Source: a virus (taxonomy: Duplodnaviria; Caudoviricetes). From it: a DNA stretch of 27,421 nucleotides. Below the pieces are notes generated by a model that saw nothing but the letters and a program-made list of their open reading frames with translations, did no database searches and was not told the DNA's origin. Numbering within the stretch: the first letter of the stretch is position 1; every line of letters starts with the position of its first letter. The position numbers and the translations under genes are program-made. Location of the stretch: positions 1 through 27,421 of IMG/VR virus record IMGVR_UViG_3300005758_000133; one strand, 5' to 3'. Positions 10,232-19,311 of the stretch are shown in pieces.

Positions 10232-11164
10232 ATGGTAAACCAAGCTTTAGTTGCGACATTAAATTCTGTTTTAGGACAAGGTAAAAAAACCTCAAAAGGT
10301 AATTTTGCTTATCATTGTCCATTCTGCAACCATCATAAACCTAAATTAGAAGTTAACTTAACTGAAAGTGAAAAAGGTGAACATCCATGGCATTGTTGGG
10401 TTTGTGATAAAAGAGGTAAAAGCTTAGTTAAATTATTTAGATTAATTGAAGCACCTAAAGATAAAGTAATTGAGCTCAAATCATTAGTCAAATTCACATC
10501 AGGTAATTTTGAAGTAACAGTAACTGAGAAAAAAGTAGAATTACCTAAAGAATTTAAATCACTCGCTATAGAAGGTAATAGCCTCGAATATAAGCACGCT
10601 ATTAGTTATTTAAAACGCAGGAATATCACTCTTGACGACATTATGAAATATAATATAGGTTATTGTGAATCTGGCGTTTACTCTAACTGTATTATTATTC
10701 CATCATATGATGAGCATGGAAGTCTAAACTATTTCACAGCTAGAAACTTTAATAAAAATTCAACATTAAAATATAAAAATCCAGATGTATCTAGGAATAT
10801 AATTCCATTTGAGTTGTTTATTAACTGGAATATACCAATTATATTATGTGAAGGGCCATTTGATGCATTAGCTATTAAACGTAATGTTATCCCATTATTA
10901 GGTAAAAATATTCAAACAGCTTTAAAGAAAAAATTAGTTACCTCTAAGGTACAAAAAATATATATTGCGTTAGATAAAGACGCTATTAAACAAGCTCTAT
11001 CATTCTGTGAAGAGCTAATCAATGAAGGTAAAGAAGTATATCTAGTAGACATGGATGATAAGGATCCAAGTGATATGGGATTTGAAAAATTCACTAGCTT
11101 AATCCAAACATGTATACCATTAACATTCTCAGATCTATTTGAGAAAAAATTACAATTAATATGA
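10232..11164 (+). CDS. DNA primase (DnaG-type: zinc finger + TOPRIM)
   Basis: CPFCNHH...WHCWVC zinc-binding domain; IIIPSYD...YFTARNF; KYKNP; TOPRIM LCEGPFDALA and ALDKDA; DKDPSD. Confidence 0.9.
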   Translation: MVNQALVATLNSVLGQGKKTSKGNFAYHCPFCNHHKPKLEVNLTESEKGEHPWHCWVCDKRGKSLVKLFRLIEAPKDKVIELKSLVKFTSGNFEVTVTEKKVELPKEFKSLAIEGNSLEYKHAISYLKRRNITLDDIMKYNIGYCESGVYSNCIIIPSYDEHGSLNYFTARNFNKNSTLKYKNPDVSRNIIPFELFINWNIPIILCEGPFDALAIKRNVIPLLGKNIQTALKKKLVTSKVQKIYIALDKDAIKQALSFCEELINEGKEVYLVDMDDKDPSDMGFEKFTSLIQTCIPLTFSDLFEKKLQLI

Positions 11165-11961
11165 TTGAAAAAAATGTAAATATCTATAAAAAGAGTGTAA
11201 CTCGTATTTTAGATATAGATCCTACCTCTAAAAGGGTAAACATCATGGATAACCGTTTCTATAGTAGAAATAGTGATTATTATCCATCTGTTACAAGTAT
11301 TTTACAATTTATGCCTAAAGGTAAATTCTTTGAAACCTGGCTAAAAGATGTAGGACATAACTCAGATATCATAGCTAGAAAAGCAGCTGATGAAGGAACT
11401 CAAGTTCATGAAACAATTGAAAGATATCTAATGGGAGAAAAAATTCAATGGTTAGATGAAAATGATCGTTCTAATTATTCTTTAGATGTTTGGAAATTAA
11501 TTCTCAAATTCCATGATTTTTGGACAACAACCAAACCTATCCTAATTGAAAGCGAAATACATTTATTTTCAGATCAATATAAATATGCTGGTACTTGTGA
11601 CTTAGTTGTTGAAATTGAAGGCGAAAGATGGTTATTAGATATTAAAACATCTAACTCAATCCATACAGCAATGGATTTACAATTAGCAGCTTATGCTCAA
11701 GCATGGAATGAAACATTTGAGGAAAAAATTGATAGAGTTGGTATCATTTGGTTAAAATCATCTAAACGTAAAGAAGGTAAATTGCAAGGTAAAGGATGGG
11801 AAATATACGAACCATCTCGCTCAATTGAAGATAGTTTCAAATTATTCCAGAATGTTCATGAATTATTTAAAGTTGAAAACCCTAACCCAAAACCATCACA
11901 AGAATCATTCCCTATCGAAATTCAGTTAGATCCAAATATTTATGACAAAACTGAAGAATGA
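11161..11961 (+). CDS. PD-(D/E)XK exonuclease (RecB/Cas4-like phage exonuclease)
   Basis: YPSVTSIL, GTQVH, YAGTCDLVV, LLDIKTS and QLAAYA motifs. Confidence 0.85.
   Translation: MIEKNVNIYKKSVTRILDIDPTSKRVNIMDNRFYSRNSDYYPSVTSILQFMPKGKFFETWLKDVGHNSDIIARKAADEGTQVHETIERYLMGEKIQWLDENDRSNYSLDVWKLILKFHDFWTTTKPILIESEIHLFSDQYKYAGTCDLVVEIEGERWLLDIKTSNSIHTAMDLQLAAYAQAWNETFEEKIDRVGIIWLKSSKRKEGKLQGKGWEIYEPSRSIEDSFKLFQNVHELFKVENPNPKPSQESFPIEIQLDPNIYDKTEE
11936..11944 (+). promoter_or_regulatory. ATATTTAT putative late promoter inside the exonuclease 3' end
   Basis: ATATTTATG ends 13 nt before ATG 11958. Confidence 0.45.
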
Positions 11962-12926
11962 TCAAACTTATAGATTTATTACGCGAAATCATTATTGTTG
12001 AAGGGGGTAATGTATTTGGTACCACTTCATCTATCAAAAAAGAAAATATACAACCTACATTAGATAAATTCACAGCTGAATTAAAAAAACTTTTTCCTAA
12101 AGTAGATTTTAAATTTACATCGTTAGGATCAGTAGGTAAAAAAGATGAATCAGGAGATATTGATTTAGCTTTAAGTGTAGACCAATTTATGACTAAAGAT
12201 GGTGTTCCGTTATTAGATAATTGGGGTCTTGATAAAACTGAATTTGAAGCATTATTTGAAAAAATTCGTAAGCGAGTTAAAACTGCTACTGAAGCTCAAA
12301 GTAAACTTAGAGCAATGTTAGAATTAATAGCCGTTAAAATAGAAGAAAAATCTCAATTTATAACTACTGATGTCAAAGCAGCAGGTGGTGGATCTATATT
12401 CTGTGAATTTAATCAATTTGATCCAAATGGAAAAGAAATACCTGAAAAATCAGTTCAGATTGATATTAATGTAGGTAACATAGACTGGTTAAGTTTTAGT
12501 TATTATTCTAATACTTATAAAGACAATGTGAAAGGATTACATAGAACTCAATTAATGTTATCTTTATTTACAGAAGCAGGGTTATCTTTTAATCATAATA
12601 GAGGTGTGACTGATAAAGAAACAGGTGAAGTAGTAGCTTCAAATCCTCAAGAAGCAATTAAGATATTGAATGAAAAGTATAATATTAATTTAACTCAAGA
12701 TATATTAAATGATTATTTTGAATTAATGGATTATATTAAAAAGAACCTACCTGAAGATAAATTAAATGCTGTTTTAGATAGATATTTAAAAATACTAGAC
12801 TCAACACGAGCAGACATACCAAATGATTTACAACCATACTGGATTAAAAACCAAGACAGACTAGGACTAAAAGGCAAATTCCTCCCAGATAATTCCAATC
12901 TAGTTAAATATAAAGTTACAGTATAA
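11958..12926 (+). CDS. Pol-beta-superfamily nucleotidyltransferase-like protein with N-terminal leader
   Basis: LGSVGKKDESGDIDLA (GS...DxD) plus a third Asp in VQIDIN; leader MIKLIDLLREIIIVE. Confidence 0.7.
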   Translation: MIKLIDLLREIIIVEGGNVFGTTSSIKKENIQPTLDKFTAELKKLFPKVDFKFTSLGSVGKKDESGDIDLALSVDQFMTKDGVPLLDNWGLDKTEFEALFEKIRKRVKTATEAQSKLRAMLELIAVKIEEKSQFITTDVKAAGGGSIFCEFNQFDPNGKEIPEKSVQIDINVGNIDWLSFSYYSNTYKDNVKGLHRTQLMLSLFTEAGLSFNHNRGVTDKETGEVVASNPQEAIKILNEKYNINLTQDILNDYFELMDYIKKNLPEDKLNAVLDRYLKILDSTRADIPNDLQPYWIKNQDRLGLKGKFLPDNSNLVKYKVTV

Positions 12927-15388
12927 TGTCAGGTTCAATAGGCGCTAATAGAATTCCTAGAGAGGCGGTAGCCCCAACAGTTAAAAAATATATTGAGGAT
13001 ATATTAAAGAAATACCCTCCTTTTAGAACTGCGAAAATATCTGGTTCATATAATACTGTTGTTAAAGCAGATCATGGTGATATAGATTTAATTATTCATA
13101 TTGACGCTGGGGAAGATGATAAAAAATTACTCAAAAAGAAATTTGCTGAATATTTAAATTCATTACCAAATGATGTTATAGTCCCTTTTAAAGCTGGTCG
13201 TAATCAAGGTAAAAAAACAGCTGGTACAGGAGATATAGTAATAGCTCAAATACCTATTGAAGGATACCCTGATCTAACAGTTCAGGTAGACAACATGATT
13301 GTTACCTCAGAGCAAGAAAGTGGATATAGAAAAAGTTTTCTAGATATACCTGGTGAAAAACAAGCATTACTTATAGGTTTAGCTAAGACTATCTTAATGG
13401 AAGAAAATCCTGAAGAAGTATTTAAACGTTTAGGTATTACTAATCTTCCAAAACTTGAACCAAATCAAGAATTTGAATTTAATTTATCATCCAAAGGATT
13501 AACATTACGTTTAGTTACACTAGATGATAATTACAGAGAATTATCTCGTAATGATATATGGGATTCATTTGATTGGAATGATGTAGTTAAATTATTTAGC
13601 AAATATGATTTAAACTCATCATTTGAAGATTTATTAAATAAAGTTAAAACAGGTTTAAAAAATCCACGTTCTAAAAATAGAATTAAAGGATTATTTAAAT
13701 CTATGTTAGTTATTGGAGCTGGTGAAAAAGGTACTCCTAAAGGAGATAATAAAGAAGCAGCATTAGCAGCTATTAATAAATTATTAGAAGGCAAACCATT
13801 TAAGTCTTTAACTAAATGGTTAATTAAAGACCTACTCCCAGAAAATTTTGAATACTCAGAACCTACATATAAAAAAACAATAGCTCTATACCCAGGCAAA
13901 TTTAAACCACCTCATAAAGGCCATTTAGAAGTAGCCAAATCATTACTAGATAAAGCAGATGAAGTAATAATTATCATCTCTCCAAACCCAGTAGATGGAA
14001 TAACTGCTGAACAAAGTTTAGATATTTGGAACAGATTATATCTCCCTATATTAGGTAGTGATAAGATAAAAGTAATTATTTCCCCAACTCCATCTCCAAT
14101 TAAGTATGTTTTAGATACAATTGAAAATGATAAAGATAATTTTTACTTAACAGTATATGGTAAGGGAGATGAATCTAGATATAAAAATGTAGGTATAGAT
14201 CCTAGATATAAAAATGGGAAAACCATAGATGGAGGTTCTATTAAATTTGAAGACGTAGACATTAGTGCTACTAATCTAAGACAAGCATTATCAGATAACG
14301 CTGATATCACTCCTTGGCTCCCAGATGGAATAACACCTGAAGAATATAAAAATGCTTTAGGTTTAGAACAAATTCAAGAAGTATTTGAACCATCTTCTAA
14401 TATATATGATTATAATCAAAACGGTTTAGATTATTATTTCACTACTAAAGCTGGAGATAATTATGTTGTAGGTATAACCCCAGCATCAGATACAAGAATA
14501 GCTATAGATTTTGGGGTATCAGATGAGGAAGGTGATATTGGATTTCAAGAGACAAATAAAGAAGATATATATAAAATTATAGCTACAATATCATCCATAG
14601 TTAAAGATTATTTAGATCAACATCCTGATGTTGAAATTATATCATGGTCATCTGTTGCTAAAACCGGGGAAAAGAAAATAGGTGAAACTCAAAGAGATAA
14701 AATCTATAAATTAATTGTTAAAAAACAAAGTAATTTAAAAGACGAAGACATAGTACGTAAAGATAGTGAATATTGGGCTTATCTAAAAGGATATAACCCT
14801 ATGTTTGAAAATGAAGCACCTGCTCCTACTCAAAATTTCTTTGACCCAATCCAAAATAAACAATTAGACTTTAACATATCATCAGAACCTACTAGAGTTG
14901 ATTATTATAAAGATCATATTCAAAATGTAGTTCCATCTGATTTTAAAGTTGAAAAACAAAAAGATAAAATTGTGGTCACACCTACTCCTAAACATAAACA
15001 AAATTTAGAAAATAACTTGGAGTTTAAAGAGTTATTAGTATCTTTAACAATGTATATGATGGATCACATCAATATTGAACCACTACCTGATTTAATATTT
15101 GTTGAGGATGATATTAATAACGCTAAAGATATGTTAGGTAGAACAGCTCATTATAACCATAATGACAAATCTATAACATTATATACTTATGGGCGTCATC
15201 CAAAAGATGTGTTACGTTCATACGCTCATGAAATGATTCATCATAAGCAAAATTTAGAAGGAAGATTACAAAATCAAATTAACACACAGAATATAAACGA
15301 AGATGACTATTTAAAAGAAATCGAAGAAGAAGCATATCGCTTAGGAAACGGTTTACTATTTAGAGGTTGGGAAAATTCAATAAAATAA
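12926..15388 (+). CDS. multidomain protein: Pol-beta-like NTase + HxGH cytidyltransferase-like + unknown domain + HExxH metallopeptidase-like
   Basis: SGSYNTVVKADHGDIDLII...VQVDNM; IALYPGKFKPPHKGH...ISATNLRQAL; LRSYAHEMIHHKQ...EEEAY. Confidence 0.75.
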   Translation: MSGSIGANRIPREAVAPTVKKYIEDILKKYPPFRTAKISGSYNTVVKADHGDIDLIIHIDAGEDDKKLLKKKFAEYLNSLPNDVIVPFKAGRNQGKKTAGTGDIVIAQIPIEGYPDLTVQVDNMIVTSEQESGYRKSFLDIPGEKQALLIGLAKTILMEENPEEVFKRLGITNLPKLEPNQEFEFNLSSKGLTLRLVTLDDNYRELSRNDIWDSFDWNDVVKLFSKYDLNSSFEDLLNKVKTGLKNPRSKNRIKGLFKSMLVIGAGEKGTPKGDNKEAALAAINKLLEGKPFKSLTKWLIKDLLPENFEYSEPTYKKTIALYPGKFKPPHKGHLEVAKSLLDKADEVIIIISPNPVDGITAEQSLDIWNRLYLPILGSDKIKVIISPTPSPIKYVLDTIENDKDNFYLTVYGKGDESRYKNVGIDPRYKNGKTIDGGSIKFEDVDISATNLRQALSDNADITPWLPDGITPEEYKNALGLEQIQEVFEPSSNIYDYNQNGLDYYFTTKAGDNYVVGITPASDTRIAIDFGVSDEEGDIGFQETNKEDIYKIIATISSIVKDYLDQHPDVEIISWSSVAKTGEKKIGETQRDKIYKLIVKKQSNLKDEDIVRKDSEYWAYLKGYNPMFENEAPAPTQNFFDPIQNKQLDFNISSEPTRVDYYKDHIQNVVPSDFKVEKQKDKIVVTPTPKHKQNLENNLEFKELLVSLTMYMMDHINIEPLPDLIFVEDDINNAKDMLGRTAHYNHNDKSITLYTYGRHPKDVLRSYAHEMIHHKQNLEGRLQNQINTQNINEDDYLKEIEEEAYRLGNGLLFRGWENSIK

Positions 15389-15392
15389 AATT

Positions 15393-15869
15393 ATGAGCAA
15401 ATACAGTTTAGTAAAATTAATGGAGAATGAGGAAGATGGGAGATCAGGAAGAGCTATAATTAAATCTGATATAGTCGTCTCTCCTAAAGGTGAGACATCA
15501 ATAACTGATTTAGTAACAGCTTTAGAAAATTCTGACAATTATGGTATATATTTATCTAATTTAAGAAATGTAAATAAATTCATTCAAGATGAATTCACTA
15601 AACATTTTGGAACCCCAGTACAACGCAGAACAGGTAAATTCCCAGTTTATACTAAAGATAGCGAGATGGCTTTTTTAAAAGATCTATTTAAAGATGAAAC
15701 TAAAATTGATGCTAGAACTAAAAAAGTTATTTTGAGTAAAATTTTAAATTATAATATTAATGGTGATAAAATTTCAATTACACCAACTAAAGAAAACCCT
15801 AAAGCTGCTATCAAAAGTAAATTAGATACTATTTTAGGCAACGCTGGAGTGGAATATACAATACAATAA
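15393..15869 (+). CDS. hypothetical protein with short leader
   Basis: 158 aa; starts MSKYSLVKLMENEE. Confidence 0.65.
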   Translation: MSKYSLVKLMENEEDGRSGRAIIKSDIVVSPKGETSITDLVTALENSDNYGIYLSNLRNVNKFIQDEFTKHFGTPVQRRTGKFPVYTKDSEMAFLKDLFKDETKIDARTKKVILSKILNYNINGDKISITPTKENPKAAIKSKLDTILGNAGVEYTIQ

Positions 15870-15873
15870 ATTT

Positions 15874-16443
15874 ATGCCAGAAAATATTTTGAAAAAAGAA
15901 TTTAAGGAAAAAGACGTTCAACGTCTTCGTAACTTAGTTCAAGGTAAATATGGTGAAAAATCAACAGTAGGCACTGGTTATACTAAACAACAAGAATTCC
16001 ATGAGGAAGGTGATATGTGGGAAGAAGATGGACGTACTTGGACTATCAAAGATGGTATTAAACAAAATATTACTCGTTTAGATAAAGCTAAAGAGTCATT
16101 ACATTTACCATTATTTTGTCCTGAATGTAGTAATATGATGAAACCTCATCTAGATAAACGTTTTTATATTCAATACCATAGATGTTTTAATTGTCAAGTA
16201 GATTTTGAACATGATCTTAGAAAAAAAGGCTTACTTGAAGAATTCGAAAAATTCATAATTAATTCTGATATTGATGGAATGATCCATGACTTTAATATTT
16301 GGATGGATGAAGAAATTGAAACATCTAATCAATCATGGATTACAGAAGCTGGTGACGTTGAGAAATGGGTTGGTTCATCTAAACAAAAAATGCTCCAGAA
16401 TAAAGAAGAAACTATCAAATATCTCGAGAGTTTAAAAAAGTGA
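15874..16443 (+). CDS. hypothetical zinc-ribbon protein
   Basis: CPEC...CFNC pair. Confidence 0.65.
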   Translation: MPENILKKEFKEKDVQRLRNLVQGKYGEKSTVGTGYTKQQEFHEEGDMWEEDGRTWTIKDGIKQNITRLDKAKESLHLPLFCPECSNMMKPHLDKRFYIQYHRCFNCQVDFEHDLRKKGLLEEFEKFIINSDIDGMIHDFNIWMDEEIETSNQSWITEAGDVEKWVGSSKQKMLQNKEETIKYLESLKK

Positions 16444-16458
16444 CATATTTATAACAAA
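16443..16458 (+). promoter_or_regulatory. ACATATTTATAACAAA putative late promoter
   Basis: 16-mer identical at 21491 and 24703, each just upstream of an ATG. Confidence 0.65.
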
Positions 16459-16466
16459 ATTTAAAT

Positions 16467-16829
16467 ATGGAATTTTCTAAATTAATATCTTATTTATTTC
16501 ACTCTCGTACCCAAACCCATATTTTTCATTTACAAACACAGTCATATGCTGAACATATGGCTTTAAATACTTATTATGATGCTATTGTTCCTTTGATTGA
16601 TGGTATAGTAGAAGCATATCAAGGTAAGTATGGTATTGTAAAAGGTTATACTAATTTTAATTTAATGGAGTATAATAATAGCCAACAAGTAATCGCTTAT
16701 TTAGAAGCATTATGTAAAGCTGTTTATGACACTTATGAGACTATTGAAGATAGTTATATTCAAAACTTATTAGATGGTATAACCGAGTTGATTAAATCAA
16801 CTATCTATAAATTACAGAACTTAAGATAA
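16467..16829 (+). CDS. ferritin/Dps-like four-helix bundle protein
   Basis: HIFHLQTQSYAEHMALNTYYD...DGIVEAYQG resembles Dps/ferritin metal-ligand spacing. Confidence 0.6.
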   Translation: MEFSKLISYLFHSRTQTHIFHLQTQSYAEHMALNTYYDAIVPLIDGIVEAYQGKYGIVKGYTNFNLMEYNNSQQVIAYLEALCKAVYDTYETIEDSYIQNLLDGITELIKSTIYKLQNLR

Positions 16830-17368
16830 TGGAACAAAAAAGAACAGCTGCGGACTTAGTTAAAAAAGATCCTACATATTTATCAATGCAAAATCTTCTT
16901 GCTAAGTTAAAAGCGCAATATGATAAGGATGAAGAATTAGATCCTAATCGTGAAATGCCTAAGAATACTTTTAAAACAGAAAACAAAAATATGAAAAATA
17001 AATTACAAGAATTAATAAATCAACTAGTTCGTGAAGAACTTTCTTTGATGGAAAAAAAGAAAAAAGACAAAGAAGAAGATGTTGATTTAGATTTAGATCT
17101 AGACACTCCTGAAGGAGACGCTGACTTAAATCTAAGCGCCGAGGAAACACCAACAGCCGATATAACTGCAGAACCATCATCTGATATGGATTTATCAGCA
17201 GGTGGAAATGGTGATGAAAAAGAAATCGGTAAGCACCTACAAGCAGCTTTAGAAGCAGCTAAAAAACTACCAGCAGGAGAAACCAAAGACAAATTAATCC
17301 GTCAAATTGGAAATACTGCTCTATTCTTTTTGAAGACTCAGATCCCAGCAAGTGGAGATCAAGTTTAA
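16829..17368 (+). CDS. acidic hypothetical protein, possible head-internal/scaffold protein
   Basis: Internal leader-like MKNKLQELINQLVREELSLME (possible alternative start near 16990), then an acidic low-complexity linker. Confidence 0.6.
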   Translation: MEQKRTAADLVKKDPTYLSMQNLLAKLKAQYDKDEELDPNREMPKNTFKTENKNMKNKLQELINQLVREELSLMEKKKKDKEEDVDLDLDLDTPEGDADLNLSAEETPTADITAEPSSDMDLSAGGNGDEKEIGKHLQAALEAAKKLPAGETKDKLIRQIGNTALFFLKTQIPASGDQV

Positions 17369-17392
17369 TATAAACAAATAAAAATAAAATCT

Positions 17393-17566
17393 ATGAACAC
17401 TCAAGAGTTATTGGAAAAGTTGCATGGTTTATTTGAAAACTTAACAGCAGAACATGCCAAAGGTACTAAAGCAGCACATGGACGTGCTCGTAAAGCCGCT
17501 GGTGAAATTAAGAAGACAGTCGGTGAATACCGTAAGGCTTCTGTTGCTGAAAGTAAAGTAAAATAA
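17393..17566 (+). CDS. histone H1-like (Hc1-like) small basic DNA-binding protein, absent from the ORF track
   Basis: 57 aa MNTQELLEKLHGLFENLTAEHAKGTKAAHGRARKAAGEIKKTVGEYRKASVAESKVK; KGxKAAxxRARK...EYRKAS pattern; A-rich leader. Confidence 0.75.
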   Translation: MNTQELLEKLHGLFENLTAEHAKGTKAAHGRARKAAGEIKKTVGEYRKASVAESKVK

Positions 17567-17576
17567 TAAGCAAGAG

Positions 17577-17612
17577 GTTATGGGGAACGGGAGTGTTCCC
17601 CTTATAACTTTT
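17577..17612 (+). terminator. intrinsic terminator-like hairpin
   Basis: GGGGAAC(17582-88)-GGGAGT-GTTCCCC(17595-601), extended by GTTAT/ATAAC and followed by TTTT. Confidence 0.6.
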
Positions 17613-17625
17613 AAAATTTAAAATT

Positions 17626-18069
17626 ATGCCATACGAAAGAAAAGGTAATTGCGTTTATAATAAAGAAACTGGTGAGAAAAAAGGATGTTCTTCAAATGCT
17701 GCTAAAGCAAAAGAATATATGAAGGCATTATACGCTAGTGAGCTTAAAGAAGTTCTTTATAAAAGAATAAGTGAAAAATTAAAAGGCAAACAAAGTAAAT
17801 TAGACGCTAATAAAGATGGCAAAATTAGTGGAGAAGATTTTAAATTACTTCGTTCTGTAGATGAAGGCGGAGAAGGCAGAACAGAAAACTATATGTTCTT
17901 CAGCAATTTAGAACAAATGAAGCGCCAAATTGAAATGCTAATGGAAATGGATCCAACAGTCATAGATATGATTATTCAAAATGGTCACGACTGGGCTGAT
18001 GATCATATTTCTGAGGCTAAAACCAATATGGATCAAGTTTTTGATTTCATTATGAATGAAACTAGATAA
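17626..18069 (+). CDS. small modular protein with an EF-hand-like motif
   Basis: KLDANKDGKISGEDF is a DxNxDG loop, flanked by a Cys-pair module and a GHDWADDH module. Confidence 0.65.
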   Translation: MPYERKGNCVYNKETGEKKGCSSNAAKAKEYMKALYASELKEVLYKRISEKLKGKQSKLDANKDGKISGEDFKLLRSVDEGGEGRTENYMFFSNLEQMKRQIEMLMEMDPTVIDMIIQNGHDWADDHISEAKTNMDQVFDFIMNETR

Positions 18070-18071
18070 TC

Positions 18072-18614
18072 ATGGCTAAAAAAGAGTTAGAAGATAAAAT
18101 ACGTTCTTTAGTTAAACAAACATTAAATGATAAATTTGTTAAGAAAACAGATGATGTTTTACAAACTCAAGATGTTGAAGTAGAGGTAGAAACATATCCT
18201 CTATTAATACAATTTCCTTCTTTAAAAGAAGTTATTATTGATCTTTTAACCAAACAGTATAAAGATTTTATTAAAGATATTTGGTGGGTAGCCCCACGTC
18301 CAACTACATTTAAAGTTATACTAGAAAATGATCAATATTTTTATTTAATATATGGTCAACGTTCATGGATAGCTAAAGTTAGTGGCAAAAAATATTATTT
18401 AAACAACATTAATGAAGAACAAAACGCTGCTAGAGCAATAGCAGATTTATTAATGTTTGGAGCCCCAACCCAAAAAGAAGAAGTGAGTGGAGAAGTACCT
18501 ACAGGAGGTGAAACACCAGCCGATGAAACTTCATTTGAAGCTCCTTCATCAGAAACACCAGCTGAAACACCAGCAGAACCAACAGAAGAAATACCAGAAG
18601 AAGTACCAGTATAA
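18072..18614 (+). CDS. hypothetical protein with acidic Pro/Glu tail
   Basis: 180 aa; WVAPRPTTFKVIL core; ETPA repeats at the C-terminus. Confidence 0.65.
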   Translation: MAKKELEDKIRSLVKQTLNDKFVKKTDDVLQTQDVEVEVETYPLLIQFPSLKEVIIDLLTKQYKDFIKDIWWVAPRPTTFKVILENDQYFYLIYGQRSWIAKVSGKKYYLNNINEEQNAARAIADLLMFGAPTQKEEVSGEVPTGGETPADETSFEAPSSETPAETPAEPTEEIPEEVPV

Positions 18615-18615
18615 T

Positions 18616-18936
18616 ATGAATAAAAAACAGTTTCTAACATTAGTTTTACCATGGTTATTAGTTGTATTATTAACATCAGTGTTAGTAATCACATCACTCC
18701 GTTCAAAACCAACCCCAATTGTTTTACCTCAAGATAATCGTATAGATAGTTTAGAATCTATTGTAGATTCATTACATTTATCATATATTAAATTAAAGCA
18801 TAACTATGATAGTGCTCAATCTAATATAAAAACTGAAATTAAATATATCCAATTAAAAAATGCTAAAGACATTTCTAACATCCATAATTATACTATTGAT
18901 CAGCGCGACAGCATGTGGTCAACTTTTAATCCCTAA
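18616..18936 (+). CDS. membrane-anchored coiled-coil protein (i-spanin-like candidate)
   Basis: The more likely start is ATG 18616 (MNKKQFLTLVLPWLLVVLLTSVLVI, a TM helix), followed by a coiled coil. Confidence 0.55.
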   Translation: MNKKQFLTLVLPWLLVVLLTSVLVITSLRSKPTPIVLPQDNRIDSLESIVDSLHLSYIKLKHNYDSAQSNIKTEIKYIQLKNAKDISNIHNYTIDQRDSMWSTFNP

Positions 18937-19300
18937 AAGAATAGTATTTGAAAAAGACACAGGTGTGTTTTTTACAAGCAGACAAGAAATTGAACTACTT
19001 GTAAAATTAAAACAGCTTGAAAACTGTGAATTAGAAAAAAGTAAATGGATTCTCTACGCTAATAACGCTGATAAACAAATTGGTGAAGAAAGAATAGCAT
19101 ATGATAGATTAATGAAAAACTATCTTTCTTTAGAAGGTGTATCTAGAGATTTTGAGGAAAAATATAAAGAAGAATTTCGAGCACATCAACAAACCCAAAA
19201 TTCATTAACACTTCAAATAGGAAAAACTCGCACTTGGACTAAAATAGCAGTTGGATCACTTTTAGTTAATGGAACCTTAATATATATCATAACCCGATAA
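18860..19300 (+). CDS. exported coiled-coil protein with C-terminal TM helix (spanin-like candidate)
   Basis: Signal peptide MLKTFLTSIIILLISATACGQ; C-terminal IAVGSLLVNGTLIYII; overlaps the previous gene by 77 nt. Confidence 0.5.
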   Translation: MLKTFLTSIIILLISATACGQLLIPKRIVFEKDTGVFFTSRQEIELLVKLKQLENCELEKSKWILYANNADKQIGEERIAYDRLMKNYLSLEGVSRDFEEKYKEEFRAHQQTQNSLTLQIGKTRTWTKIAVGSLLVNGTLIYIITR

Positions 19301-19307
19301 TATTTAT
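19300..19307 (+). promoter_or_regulatory. ATATTTAT putative late promoter
   Basis: 4 nt upstream of ATG 19312. Confidence 0.45.
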
Positions 19308-19311
19308 CGGT

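Noticed and set aside
11161-11961. Cas4-like nuclease as evidence of a CRISPR-Cas system
   Set aside because: No Fe-S Cys cluster, no array and no other cas genes; its position next to the primase fits a replication/recombination exonuclease.
18510-18574. Three GAAACACCAGC direct repeats
   Set aside because: They encode ETPA in a low-complexity tail with irregular spacing; not a CRISPR array or iteron set.
18487-18615. Track's upstream extension of the 149-aa ORF
   Set aside because: An off-frame read of the previous gene's repeat tail; ATG 18616 gives a proper TM start.
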